Shown: positions 45,105-55,277 of the stretch, one piece after another
Position numbering within the stretch: the first letter of the stretch is position 1
How the letters are laid out: every line of letters begins with the position of its first letter
Virus record (IMG/VR): IMGVR_UViG_3300015265_000001
Span: 62,001 to 126,000 of that record
DNA: 64,000 bases
Direction: 5' to 3' (one strand)
Notes under the pieces: generated by a model
Told to the model about the DNA's origin: nothing
Seen by the model: only the letters and a program-made list of their open reading frames with translations
The model's database searches: none
Translations under genes and position numbers: made by a program

Positions 45105-46611
45105 TTCCGCTACTTCGCAAATCGATGATTACCAACAGATTGGTAACTCGAATCCGGTTGACTCTTATCAACCAGGTGAAAACAAACAACGTATCGACCT
45201 GACGGAATACTACCAGGTCAGTGAACAGAACAACGCCACCGTTATGGTGATGGGTGCTGAACAACTGAACCTCGGTCGTTTCTCCAAGCAGGTTGCCCGC
45301 CACCTCAAACTCAAGGGCGTCGAGAACTATGACCCTTTCCCTTCGGAGCGTAACGCTCGTATGGGCGCTGAAGGCTTCTTCAGTGCGGTCTACAACGGTT
45401 TCAAAGACTTCATCGAAACCATCATTCGTTACATCCGCATGGCCATCGACTGGGTCGTCGACATGGTCAAAGGGATCTTTGGCTTCCGCAAGTCGGAACG
45501 TATCACCAAGGCCATCGATGACTCGCTCGGCGATCTGAAGAAAGAGTTCGAAGACACGCTGATCAGCTTCGGTTTCAATGTGGCCGAGTACAACGTCGAG
45601 AACTTCCTCGGCGATCTGCCGAAGGGTCAGGATCGTGTTGCTCAGATCTACCTGCTGAAGAACAAGCTCGATAGCGATATCGAACAAGTCAAGAAGCTGG
45701 CGACCTGTGTTCCGCTGATCCAACAGTTGAACGCCAAGGTCAAGCAATCCACTGACAAGGTGACGATCGCCCAGAAACGCCTGAAGAAAGTAATCCTGGA
45801 CGAGTACAACCGTTCGCGTGTACGGGCCAACGCCGGTAACCGTGTGAACGGCGAAGCCTCCAGCGAAGTGGTGGTCATCTCCAAGGCCATGCATGAAACG
45901 GTGCTGACCCTGGGTGTTGAAGAGATCTCTGGTCTGATGACCAAGCTGTACAAAGATCTTTACAGCCTCGACTTCTCCAATGAAGAGCTGGCCAACAAGT
46001 TCGACCAAGTGCAGAACCGTCTGAAGACTGAAGTCGTCAGCAGTGCTTCGGTTGTGGCCCGTGTGGATGTTTCGGCTACCCTGCTGGAAATCCAGCGTCT
46101 GAACGTTCGTTACCAGGAACTGATGGACGACGAGGTAGACATCTCGAAGGTCAACTGGAAAGCACTGGGTGAGATCATCGATAAGTCTGATTCTGAAAAG
46201 ATCAGCTCGATGGCCAACTACTACAGTGCTCCTCAGCTGCTGGCGGACTACCAGGCTCTTTCGGTGGCTACGCGTAACTTCACTCAGCTGTGCTACTCGA
46301 TCAACAAAGAAGTACTGCGGGTCGAGAAGCAGATCGTCAGCCTGGTCGAGTGGTACGGTCGTATCCACGCCTACTACTACAGCGGTGTTCTCGGTGACAT
46401 CGAGGGTATCGAGAAGGCTGTCAATGAAGCGCGTGCAAAAGGTCTCAATCCGATCATCGAAGGCCGAGTGTTCATCAAGGACGCAGACGCCAAGACGTTC
46501 GGCGAGAAGCTGACGGCCAACGTGAACTTCGCAATCCATAACGATATTGGTGGGGTGAAGACCAGCCTCAACAACTTCACCAAGCAAATCGGGGCAGGTA
46601 AATTGCTATGA
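45097..46611 (+). CDS. Internal head protein paralog
   Basis: GTG at 45097 with a GGAGG RBS. RMGAEG is followed by FFSAVYNGFKDFIETIIRYIRMAIDW. Confidence 0.75.
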   Translation: MSDSATSQIDDYQQIGNSNPVDSYQPGENKQRIDLTEYYQVSEQNNATVMVMGAEQLNLGRFSKQVARHLKLKGVENYDPFPSERNARMGAEGFFSAVYNGFKDFIETIIRYIRMAIDWVVDMVKGIFGFRKSERITKAIDDSLGDLKKEFEDTLISFGFNVAEYNVENFLGDLPKGQDRVAQIYLLKNKLDSDIEQVKKLATCVPLIQQLNAKVKQSTDKVTIAQKRLKKVILDEYNRSRVRANAGNRVNGEASSEVVVISKAMHETVLTLGVEEISGLMTKLYKDLYSLDFSNEELANKFDQVQNRLKTEVVSSASVVARVDVSATLLEIQRLNVRYQELMDDEVDISKVNWKALGEIIDKSDSEKISSMANYYSAPQLLADYQALSVATRNFTQLCYSINKEVLRVEKQIVSLVEWYGRIHAYYYSGVLGDIEGIEKAVNEARAKGLNPIIEGRVFIKDADAKTFGEKLTANVNFAIHNDIGGVKTSLNNFTKQIGAGKLL

Positions 46612-47366
46612 GCCGACAAGCCATGTGGGAAGAGATCGTCAAGCTGAAGGGTGTGGCGGAAGTTACTACCCAGACGTACATCGACGAACTCGAATCCCTG
46701 ATCAACGCAATGGAAGACGGTGGGTTGCCACTGCCGGTTGCCGCAAAGCTCATCCGCGGTATCTGGGGTAACAGCTCTCGGGCTAACTCCCTGATGGTGC
46801 AGTTGTCGGAATGCTTCCCAGAGACCAACAAGTCTGTGGTGTTGTACGCCGGCCTGCCAGCTGAAGAAGCGCGCAAGCAACTGGGAGAGCTCAAGGAAAC
46901 CCGCGAGTACTTTGAACTGATCTACACCTACATCGATCAGGTGGTAAACATCACCATGAAAGGGTTGGTGGCGGCCGAGTTCACTGTCGAAAACCAATCA
47001 CGGTTGAATGACTTCCGTTGCGAGGTGTTGAAATACATCGCGTACACGGGTGACTACTTCTACGAAGCTGAGCAGATGTTGAAAGACGGTTCGCTGCTTT
47101 CGTGGGATCAACTCAACCGTGTGCCGGATGTGGTGATCAATGGTGATTACCTGTTCGTCAACGAGTTCAAGGCAAACTTGTCGAAAGCCCATGCTGATTA
47201 TCTGGAAGGTACGTTCAAACCAGATGTGAAGCTGTCGGGCTACAGCCTGAAGGACTTCTCCTGGCGCACCAGCGACATGTGCAACAAGTTGAAGCTACCG
47301 TTCATGTTCGCCGAGTACCTCAATTCGAAGTATCCTGGCGAAACACTCGAACAGTCTGCTGAATAA
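46608..47366 (+). CDS. Hypothetical protein
   Basis: 252-aa ORF coupled by an ATGA overlap. Confidence 0.7.
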   Translation: MSRQAMWEEIVKLKGVAEVTTQTYIDELESLINAMEDGGLPLPVAAKLIRGIWGNSSRANSLMVQLSECFPETNKSVVLYAGLPAEEARKQLGELKETREYFELIYTYIDQVVNITMKGLVAAEFTVENQSRLNDFRCEVLKYIAYTGDYFYEAEQMLKDGSLLSWDQLNRVPDVVINGDYLFVNEFKANLSKAHADYLEGTFKPDVKLSGYSLKDFSWRTSDMCNKLKLPFMFAEYLNSKYPGETLEQSAE

Positions 47367-47383
47367 GTTACACCGGCCATAGA

Positions 47384-47417
47384 CCTACCCTACCTCCTTT
47401 GCGGGAGGTAGGGTAGG
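47384..47417. terminator. Bidirectional terminator, CGYAAA-loop family (minus orientation)
   Basis: Perfect 14-bp stem with loop tttgcg. Confidence 0.8.
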
Positions 47418-47429
47418 CTTATAGCCGCT

Positions 47430-50360
47430 TTACACCGGACCCATGTTAACCATGGATACATCGTGAGGCAGGTAGACGATGTCGATATCTTCCTTGATCG
47501 ACAGCAGACCGTCTGAACTCACCTGCAACAGTTTGCGGATACTGAAGCCTGTCAGGCTGTCAGCGTTACTGATTACATCCACCGTGCTATCACCAGCCAC
47601 AGCACTCAGCTTAACCGCCACCACTTCAGGAGAAGCACCGTCCTTCAACTTGGACACCAGATCGTTCACGCTGACTGTTGTTGCACCAAACAGATTCGTG
47701 TTGAGGATCTGCGGAGTGCTGGCATCCAGCGAGTCTTTCAGGCTCAGGTTCTTCATACCTGATTTGGTCAGGTAGTACGTCACTACGAAACTCAGGTCCT
47801 GACGAAGGTACGACGTGTAGTTGCTGTTTACAACAACCTTCTGATAACCCAGCTTATTACGCGGCTGATATACCAGACTCGTTTGATCGAGTGCAGACGA
47901 TGCAAAGGAAGCCATGTCCTGACTGATCACGTTCACGAAGTAATCTTTGGTTTCTTGGGCAAACTGTTCGTCATAAGCGTCATGACTGAAGTAGTAAGCC
48001 CCATCGAAGCCGATGAAGTCCCAGTGATAGAGTTTCTCACGAGGTGCCACTTCGATGTAGTTACCCTGAGCGTCCATCATGTAATCGTCTTTGGTGTATT
48101 CCAGCATGATGCGAGGCGGTACGTTGTTATCGTACATGATATCGCCAACCTGGTGCTCTACTTGAGCCACACCATCGATGAAGATGATCTCCTGGTTCTC
48201 GTTGCGCTTGTAGATGGTCTCAGTGTAGGTCAATGGAATATCGACCCCATACTTCTTGTACTGCGCTTCACCGACCAGAGGACGGATACGGCTGTACAGG
48301 TTACCCAGCTTCTTGCCCAGCACAACGTCGTACTGAGTTTCGATGATTGCCACCATCGGCACCGAGAACAGACTCTGGTCAATCTTGTCATCCGAAGCCG
48401 TTCCAGTGTTGCTCTTATCGCCCTGGAAGGTAAAGATGAACGTCATGTCCAGTTCCAGCGGAACGCCGGTAGTAGGCTGAGTATTACCAAACTGACGGAA
48501 GTTGGTGAAGTAGATCACATCGTTAACGTCGACATCAAAACGACTGTCCAACGTAAACTGCCAGATGCGTTCACCCGATTCGGTCAGACCGTACAGCGTA
48601 CCTGCAATGCTGGCCAGGCTGTTCGTGTCTTCAGGCTGAACCGACAACTGAACGCCCACAGTGGAGTCATCCAGTTCCTGATAGCTTTTACCTGACGCTG
48701 TCACAAGCGTAATCAGATAACCGGTATCGGTCTGCTCGATAGCCGCAGTCCCAACCCCTACGTCGATACCCAACAGTTTGTTCTCGTCCTTGAACAACTG
48801 GCTCTTGAACTTAGGTTCGTCGAGGTGATAGGTACGCAGCACAGCCTGGTTGTTGGTCAGGTCCATCACGTAGTAGAACGGCGTGTAGACCAGCGTGGTA
48901 GCGGCAATCAGATCGACCTTGGCTTCGTTGCTCTTCGCTTCGTAGCTGTTCTTGGTGACCTGGTTAATCAGCACCGTTGTAGGCTGACTGATGTCAAACA
49001 ACACGTTGTGCGGAATGGTGACACGCTGACCGTTATCGATCACCACCCCACTACCGATCAGGCTGTTAACCGATGCCAGATAGCTACCCACGAAACATGC
49101 CATAGGTGCGAACAGCTTCTTGTTGTCCTGGATGCGAAGTTCCTTGGTCAACGAGTAGCTACGCTTGGTCATGTAGTCGATCGACTTAACCGAGTTGTAA
49201 CCGTAGTTCTCCACGGTACCGACCAGGTTGTTTTCAGTGATCGGCAGATTACGCTGACGACGACCCGAGATGAACGAAGCTTTCATTTGCTCAAACGGAA
49301 TGGCGTTACTACCACCAGACGTCTGAGTCATAGCACGCCACGCCATACCGCCCGAAGACTTCAGACCGGACGAATAAGGACCGAGGGTACCAGCACCGAA
49401 ACGATAGTCCTGGTAGTTAACCCCCACATCACCGATAGCTGTTTGGGTGAAATCTTTGGTCAGCTCGCCCTTGGTGGTGTAGGTATAGATGTCGATGCTA
49501 CCGATACCCAGACCGTTGGCGATATAGACGTCAGGAATCTTGAAGTAGTACTTCTGATTGCTAACATCCAGGTTCAACGCCAGCGTGACCGTGTTAGGGT
49601 CGAATACGTCCTGGTTATAAGTGACGAGGATTTCGGTCTTGACACCACTGGCTGTCATGAAGGCCCGGACCGAATACAGATAGTCGGGGAAGTCCACTTC
49701 GCCATTGCAACCGGAACTCAGGTTAGATGTGATGTTCTCGGTAGGCTTGCAGGTCAACTGACGGCAAGGAATCACAACCGTTAGGTAGCCGTTCGGTGTA
49801 ACACGTTTCTCCAACAGGTTATTGGAGATCGGGTTAACGGGGTTGTTGGTGGAGTCATCGTACACCACCTGGAAGCCCGTCTGCTCACTGTAACGGATTT
49901 CAATGCCGTTCTCGATTGCAAAGACGTAGCCACCAAAGGTGAATTCGCTGTCCTTAGGCAACAGCAGCATTTTGTACGTGAAGGTGCTCTTGCCCAGGGT
50001 AACGGTTACGTCCTTGGCCAACGTCATGAACACAGTGGTGTTGATGGCGTATTGTAGGTCCATGATCGATGGCGTACCGAACATGCCAACCTGCTCTTCT
50101 TCAGACATGTGGCGACTGAGGTCGGCAGTACTGCGAGCGTGAGCGGGAAACATCTTGGCCACTGCGTCGTCGAAACGATTGAGCAGGCCATGAGCGGTAC
50201 CCAGGATGATGTCGGTACCCAATATAAACGGGTGAGTCTTGCTGTTGAGCTTTACCGAACGCCCGAAGTAGTTTTCCTCTACCTGGTTAACGATTCGGTT
50301 AACCCCACGAATGGGGTTGTTTGCCAATGCAATAAGTTCAGCTGGTGTAATGTCGGCCAT
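47430..50360 (-). CDS. Large baseplate (wedge-like) structural protein (phiKZ gp87-like)
   Basis: 976 aa, beta-rich; SGGSNA..FEQMK resembles gp6/gpJ-type baseplate proteins; synteny. Confidence 0.65.
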   Translation of the reverse strand: MADITPAELIALANNPIRGVNRIVNQVEENYFGRSVKLNSKTHPFILGTDIILGTAHGLLNRFDDAVAKMFPAHARSTADLSRHMSEEEQVGMFGTPSIMDLQYAINTTVFMTLAKDVTVTLGKSTFTYKMLLLPKDSEFTFGGYVFAIENGIEIRYSEQTGFQVVYDDSTNNPVNPISNNLLEKRVTPNGYLTVVIPCRQLTCKPTENITSNLSSGCNGEVDFPDYLYSVRAFMTASGVKTEILVTYNQDVFDPNTVTLALNLDVSNQKYYFKIPDVYIANGLGIGSIDIYTYTTKGELTKDFTQTAIGDVGVNYQDYRFGAGTLGPYSSGLKSSGGMAWRAMTQTSGGSNAIPFEQMKASFISGRRQRNLPITENNLVGTVENYGYNSVKSIDYMTKRSYSLTKELRIQDNKKLFAPMACFVGSYLASVNSLIGSGVVIDNGQRVTIPHNVLFDISQPTTVLINQVTKNSYEAKSNEAKVDLIAATTLVYTPFYYVMDLTNNQAVLRTYHLDEPKFKSQLFKDENKLLGIDVGVGTAAIEQTDTGYLITLVTASGKSYQELDDSTVGVQLSVQPEDTNSLASIAGTLYGLTESGERIWQFTLDSRFDVDVNDVIYFTNFRQFGNTQPTTGVPLELDMTFIFTFQGDKSNTGTASDDKIDQSLFSVPMVAIIETQYDVVLGKKLGNLYSRIRPLVGEAQYKKYGVDIPLTYTETIYKRNENQEIIFIDGVAQVEHQVGDIMYDNNVPPRIMLEYTKDDYMMDAQGNYIEVAPREKLYHWDFIGFDGAYYFSHDAYDEQFAQETKDYFVNVISQDMASFASSALDQTSLVYQPRNKLGYQKVVVNSNYTSYLRQDLSFVVTYYLTKSGMKNLSLKDSLDASTPQILNTNLFGATTVSVNDLVSKLKDGASPEVVAVKLSAVAGDSTVDVISNADSLTGFSIRKLLQVSSDGLLSIKEDIDIVYLPHDVSMVNMGPV

Positions 50361-51437
50361 TTACTTAGCACCCCAGTATTCCATTTCCATCGAGTTCAGG
50401 TTAATCCAGGGGTAGCACAACGCGTAGTTAGCTGCGTAGTACTCACTGAACTTCAACTTGCGGTAGTTGTTTTCCCGAACGCTTGGGTTCATGTTTGGAT
50501 TGAAGAACAACGTCGTGCGGTTAAACATGTCCGCCAGACGCATGTTGTTATAACGGAAGATCACACTTGGGAAGTTGATCTCTACTTCGTCCTGACCCTG
50601 GCCGCGCAAACTGTTCTGCGTGCGGTCAATGGTACTGAAAGCACCCGACGGATAAGTGTTAGGCCAGGAGTAACCGTTGCAGTAGATCCCTTCAATACTG
50701 CGCATGTTCTTGTTCATGATGATGTGATAGATGCGCACATCATAATCACGGTAATTCTGGATCAGAGCTTCGCTGTACGGTTCCATCCCTTCATCGCCCA
50801 GCGTTACCCCTTCGATGTAGTGGTTGATCACGTCGAAGATAAACGGTACCACGTTGGGCTTGGGGTTGTGAAAGGTCAACCGCATGTCGTAATCGTAGTT
50901 GACCTTCAGGATCCCATTGGGGTACTGGTAGACTTCTTTACGAATACCGGGAGTCGATTTCTCTACCGGCATGTTGATGTCTGGAAACCCCGAAGACACC
51001 TTACACAGGTTGGTCAAACAGCCCATCCATGGATACAGCGGATCCAGCATTTCACTGTTACCGCTGTTAGCCCGTCCCCACACTGGGTCCAACAACCCTT
51101 TAACGTAATGTTGTAGGGTGTTGCGAGTTGGGTTGTACAACGGCAACATTTGAGGATGTTTTATCACGTTTTCATCGGATAAGTTCAACAAAGGCCGGTT
51201 AATGAAGACTAATCCTATGGTGTCGTCGGGGATGGGAGCCAACTGGTTCCCAGGGCCTAGAATTCGGACCCCTTTCAACATGTTGATCAGTGCACTTGAG
51301 TAACCCGGTCCGCCGTTTTCTCGAAATGCGTACTCAAGCCAGTCCTCGTAGGTCTGGCTGTTCAGATCACTTGTGGGTTCTTCATTCCCTGGGGTCTTGT
51401 CGTACCACCCGCTATACAGATTCGGATCATCCGCCAT
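50361..51437 (-). CDS. Tail-tube-fold baseplate protein (phiKZ gp88-like)
   Basis: Start MADDPN with a GGAG RBS. YDYDMRLTFH and WPNTYPSG motifs are typical of tube-fold proteins. Confidence 0.6.
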   Translation of the reverse strand: MADDPNLYSGWYDKTPGNEEPTSDLNSQTYEDWLEYAFRENGGPGYSSALINMLKGVRILGPGNQLAPIPDDTIGLVFINRPLLNLSDENVIKHPQMLPLYNPTRNTLQHYVKGLLDPVWGRANSGNSEMLDPLYPWMGCLTNLCKVSSGFPDINMPVEKSTPGIRKEVYQYPNGILKVNYDYDMRLTFHNPKPNVVPFIFDVINHYIEGVTLGDEGMEPYSEALIQNYRDYDVRIYHIIMNKNMRSIEGIYCNGYSWPNTYPSGAFSTIDRTQNSLRGQGQDEVEINFPSVIFRYNNMRLADMFNRTTLFFNPNMNPSVRENNYRKLKFSEYYAANYALCYPWINLNSMEMEYWGAK

Positions 51438-51470
51438 TTCTCTGGCTCCCATTAATGAAGGTAATTAAAA

Positions 51471-52574
51471 ATGATTGGTAACGTACTAGGTCTGGGGTCT
51501 TACCTGCTGGACATTGCAAGTAAGCTTTATCCCGATAGCAAAGACATAAACTCCGCCGCCAAGGTGGCGGGCCAGGTTCAACGTTCATACAATGTGGTCT
51601 CGACCACGTCGGTGCATCAGAGCGCTAACCGCGCTATCATTGCGCCAATGGTAGGTATCGAACAGTCGCTGTTGCACCAGGAATTCATGGCCGACCTCAT
51701 GCAGATCGTCATGATGCGTGACGTGGTCGCTACCCTGACTCACCTGGCGCTGGAAGGCTCTGTGGCGATGGGTGTCAAAATCAAGGACATTATCGGATCA
51801 ATCAACCCGAACCGCGCCGGTATGATGTCGATCCAGGGCTGTGAAGCTTTCGACAACAGCATCCCGAACAGCGACAAGCAGGAAAAGAACCCTGAGCAGG
51901 ATTACGTCCAAGTGGGCGGCAAGTCCATGCCAGACCTGCAAGAGTACACCCCGCTGGCCATCGGTAAAGTGGTTAACGCCACGCTGCATACCGAACGTGG
52001 TGGCAAGATCGACTTCCCGTTGACCTTCCGCCAGATCCCGGTTCCAATGACCACCAAGGACCTCAAGCGTACCTTCTCGGCCGCCAAGATCGAGGAAGGC
52101 TTCTGGGCTCGCCTGGATATGGTCCATACCAAAGAGATCACCAGCCCTGAATTCCTCAGTGGTCGTGACATCATCAAGGAACGCTTCAACATCAAGAACG
52201 AAGAGATGTCGGGCTACTACAAAGAAGCCCTGCGTCGTGAAACCGGTAACAAGCTCACTGCTGTGCGTACCGGCGTGGTCAGCTTCAACAGCATGGCCAA
52301 CTCGTTCATCATGTCCCAGGAAGCGGCTACTCAGCTGGAACTGGATATCGGTAAACGTTTCCGTGACCCCAAGTCGCGGGAAGCCATCTTCAAGGCTGTG
52401 GTGGCGAACACCATCGTGGTCTGCAACGAAGACCGCGGCATCTACACCTTCTACACCCACGGCAGCGATATGCCTGAAGTTTACACCCGTAAGGATATCG
52501 CCATCAAATCCAAGAAAGATTCCGGGTCTAACACCCTGGCGGATCTGGTCAAGTTGCTCAACGGAGGCATGTGA
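51471..52574 (+). CDS. Major internal head protein (gp89-like)
   Basis: 367 aa with an IQGCEA cleavage-like motif; first gene of the head cluster. Confidence 0.65.
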   Translation: MIGNVLGLGSYLLDIASKLYPDSKDINSAAKVAGQVQRSYNVVSTTSVHQSANRAIIAPMVGIEQSLLHQEFMADLMQIVMMRDVVATLTHLALEGSVAMGVKIKDIIGSINPNRAGMMSIQGCEAFDNSIPNSDKQEKNPEQDYVQVGGKSMPDLQEYTPLAIGKVVNATLHTERGGKIDFPLTFRQIPVPMTTKDLKRTFSAAKIEEGFWARLDMVHTKEITSPEFLSGRDIIKERFNIKNEEMSGYYKEALRRETGNKLTAVRTGVVSFNSMANSFIMSQEAATQLELDIGKRFRDPKSREAIFKAVVANTIVVCNEDRGIYTFYTHGSDMPEVYTRKDIAIKSKKDSGSNTLADLVKLLNGGM

Positions 52575-53455
52575 TGGACATTTTTTCCTACGTCGGGAAA
52601 GTCAAAACGGTAAAGAAGAATGAGATCCTCGGATCCATCCTGAACGTCAAGGTTGCCGGTGAGGACCTCAAAGCGGGTCTGGAAAACCTGAAGAGCAACA
52701 ACATCGATCTGAGCGATCACATCGAGAACTGGGTCATCACCAAGAGCCTGAAGAAAGCGGTAACCGCTCAAGGCTTCCGCGGTGATGATCTGCTGGGCAT
52801 TACCCTGCACAACCTGGCGTCCATCGACCAACTGACCACTGCGTTGACCAAAGCTGTTAACAGCTACAAGGAAAACCTGTGGGACGGTAAGCTGATGACT
52901 GTCAAGCAGGCCAACCTGCTGAACGTGATCGAGTTCCTGAACTTCTGGATCCGTTACACCCGTATGGTCTACGACGTACTGTTGACCATGAACAACCAGG
53001 GTGTTGATCCTGCGCGTTACCTGCAACCGATTGACCTGAAGTTCATCAACGGTACCGCGTCGTTCTACAACAACTTCAGTGTCGACCTGCTGCGCGGCGC
53101 AGCCTCGATCATGAAGAACATGGAAAACCTGCCGGACATCGAGATCACTCAGACCTCGCTGGACGTCATGGAAGCCACCGGCGGTAAAACCCAGGTAGAC
53201 CTGCTCAACAAGGGCTTCGGTATTCACCTGGTACTGCCTATGTTCTGGCTGGGCCTGGGCTGGAGTAAGATCCAGGGGCTGCGTATCGAGAAGATGCGTC
53301 GCGACAACGAATACTTTGCGATGAAGATCTCTCAGGCGATCAACAAGCGCAACGGCACGAATGACCCTGAGCTCGATCGTCGTATCGAGATCTACCAGGA
53401 CAAGATCATTCGCAACGACCACACCATTGCAGAGATCGAGGCCGACTATGCCTGA
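52571..53455 (+). CDS. Internal head protein (gp90-like)
   Basis: 294 aa, coupled, with a hydrophobic segment GIHLVLPMFWLGLGW. Confidence 0.65.
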   Translation: MMDIFSYVGKVKTVKKNEILGSILNVKVAGEDLKAGLENLKSNNIDLSDHIENWVITKSLKKAVTAQGFRGDDLLGITLHNLASIDQLTTALTKAVNSYKENLWDGKLMTVKQANLLNVIEFLNFWIRYTRMVYDVLLTMNNQGVDPARYLQPIDLKFINGTASFYNNFSVDLLRGAASIMKNMENLPDIEITQTSLDVMEATGGKTQVDLLNKGFGIHLVLPMFWLGLGWSKIQGLRIEKMRRDNEYFAMKISQAINKRNGTNDPELDRRIEIYQDKIIRNDHTIAEIEADYA

Positions 53456-53966
53456 ATTTCGCCGGGGTAACAACGGGTACGTCAGCGCTCAACTCAGTGA
53501 TGGCGAGCTGGCAACCATGTTCAAGAACCTGAAACACCTCCGTCAGGATGCGTATCAGGATTTCGAGCTGATCATGAAAGGTGACGTAACCATCGAAACC
53601 CTGCGTGAAGTGACTGCCCTGTGCGGCACCTCCTTTGCAGGGTGGATGGAAGTCAACTTCGATAACGGCAAAGGTCCGCTGTCGGATCTGGTGCGTGACA
53701 TTGTTCACTACCTCAACGGTCGTTGCGGTCACCGCCAGTTGATCACGTCATTGAGCATCCAGGAGAACAAACTCCAGGACGCGGCCAGTACCCGTTATGG
53801 TACTTACACTCCCACTGTTCGCACAGGTGGCCATGCGGCCTTCTTGCAGGATGGGGACAAGGTCTATGACAACGACCTCTACCGCCTTATGGCAGGCGTA
53901 GGAGCGGGTGTCGTCGGACGTATCTTCCTGCTCCTCGGAGGAGATAACTACTATGGGGCAAATTAA
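53448..53966 (+). CDS. Putative virion protein
   Basis: ATG at 53448 with a GAGG RBS. Confidence 0.65.
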   Translation: MPEFRRGNNGYVSAQLSDGELATMFKNLKHLRQDAYQDFELIMKGDVTIETLREVTALCGTSFAGWMEVNFDNGKGPLSDLVRDIVHYLNGRCGHRQLITSLSIQENKLQDAASTRYGTYTPTVRTGGHAAFLQDGDKVYDNDLYRLMAGVGAGVVGRIFLLLGGDNYYGAN

Positions 53967-55266
53967 CCAGGATTTGCAACTGGCTGCTGAGATGGCGGCA
54001 ATCTCTGCTGTTAAGTCTGCTGAGATCGTCAGCCTGGCCAAAGACACCGGTGACCTGGATCGCTTCCAGAACCGTCTGGACGATAGCAAGGATCGAGTGG
54101 CTCTGGTTAAAACGGTGCTTGAAGGCACCGAACCTCACCAGGTTACACCAGAGCTGGTAACGGCGATGGATAACCAATTGGTGCGGGCCAATGCCGACAT
54201 CCCTCCTGTATCGGGCCTGGACGCCGTAGAAGGCGCGGAAGCACTCGGCCGCTCCCTTCTACCGGAAGATTACCTCTTAACACGCCTGATGGGCTGTGAG
54301 AGCTTCCTGGGCGATTTCTTCCGCAAGTCGAAGGAAGTCGTAGGTCGTATCAACGACGGTTTCCGTGAAGCGTATATCGTGTTCACGCAAAACCAGGAAA
54401 GTCTGCTGGAAGCTGTTGAGGCGCTGGAAAAGGGTATCGAGGCAACCCCTCGTTTCGACGAAGGCCGTGAAAACCTGCTGCTGGGTGCTCGTCTGTTCAA
54501 CCTGTTCAAGGTTAACGGCCAGATCTCCGGTGACTGGACGGGTGATGTCAGTAAGTTGAGTCGCACCATTTCGGCGGTGAGCTCGAACTACTACCTGAAC
54601 AGCAAGAACAACATGAACGCGATCCTGAGCTTCTTTGGCGGGTTCTCCGGGTTGGATCAGCAGCTGGGTCTGGAACGTTTCCTCGACCTGCCGTCTCAGC
54701 TGCCGTCGACTCCGTTCAAAGAGTGCAACAAGCCCAACAAGGACTTCACCACTGGTCGTGTTACTGCGAAACAGTCGGTAGAGCTGATGGGCGGGGCGTA
54801 CTTCATCGACATCCGTCAAACCAAGCCGAACTACCGTATGCACACGGTAACTGACGTGGAGCAGTTCCTGCACATTTACCTCAATGAGGAAATGACGGGC
54901 TTCGAGAACAGTTCTGAAGTGGTTTACCCGAAACTGGGTAACGAGACGAAGAGCCTCTCGAGTCAGCAGATCAAGGTGATTGCAAAACACCTGAAAGAAC
55001 TGCTGAAGGAATGGACCAAGGTCTACGAGGCCGGCGATAAGTACAAACTGGCGGACAGCGATTACAACGATGTTGCCAAAGGTATTTACGAGTCGCAGAT
55101 GGATGACGAGCTTAAGGACAAAGTCCTGAGTGCGTTCTCGTCGATCGTTCGTCGCAACCAAATGGAGTTGCTGAACCTTCGGGCTGTGGTGACCTCCTAC
55201 CTGACCCTGGTTATTCACGGCTTGATCGAGCTGTCGAATCTCTCGGTTAAGGCTAACACGCCGTAA
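53953..55266 (+). CDS. Internal head protein paralog (phiKZ gp92-97 cluster)
   Basis: ATG at 53953 with a GGAGG RBS; VEGAEA and LMGCES motifs. Confidence 0.75.
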   Translation: MGQINQDLQLAAEMAAISAVKSAEIVSLAKDTGDLDRFQNRLDDSKDRVALVKTVLEGTEPHQVTPELVTAMDNQLVRANADIPPVSGLDAVEGAEALGRSLLPEDYLLTRLMGCESFLGDFFRKSKEVVGRINDGFREAYIVFTQNQESLLEAVEALEKGIEATPRFDEGRENLLLGARLFNLFKVNGQISGDWTGDVSKLSRTISAVSSNYYLNSKNNMNAILSFFGGFSGLDQQLGLERFLDLPSQLPSTPFKECNKPNKDFTTGRVTAKQSVELMGGAYFIDIRQTKPNYRMHTVTDVEQFLHIYLNEEMTGFENSSEVVYPKLGNETKSLSSQQIKVIAKHLKELLKEWTKVYEAGDKYKLADSDYNDVAKGIYESQMDDELKDKVLSAFSSIVRRNQMELLNLRAVVTSYLTLVIHGLIELSNLSVKANTP

Positions 55267-55277
55267 GGAGGCTAGCC

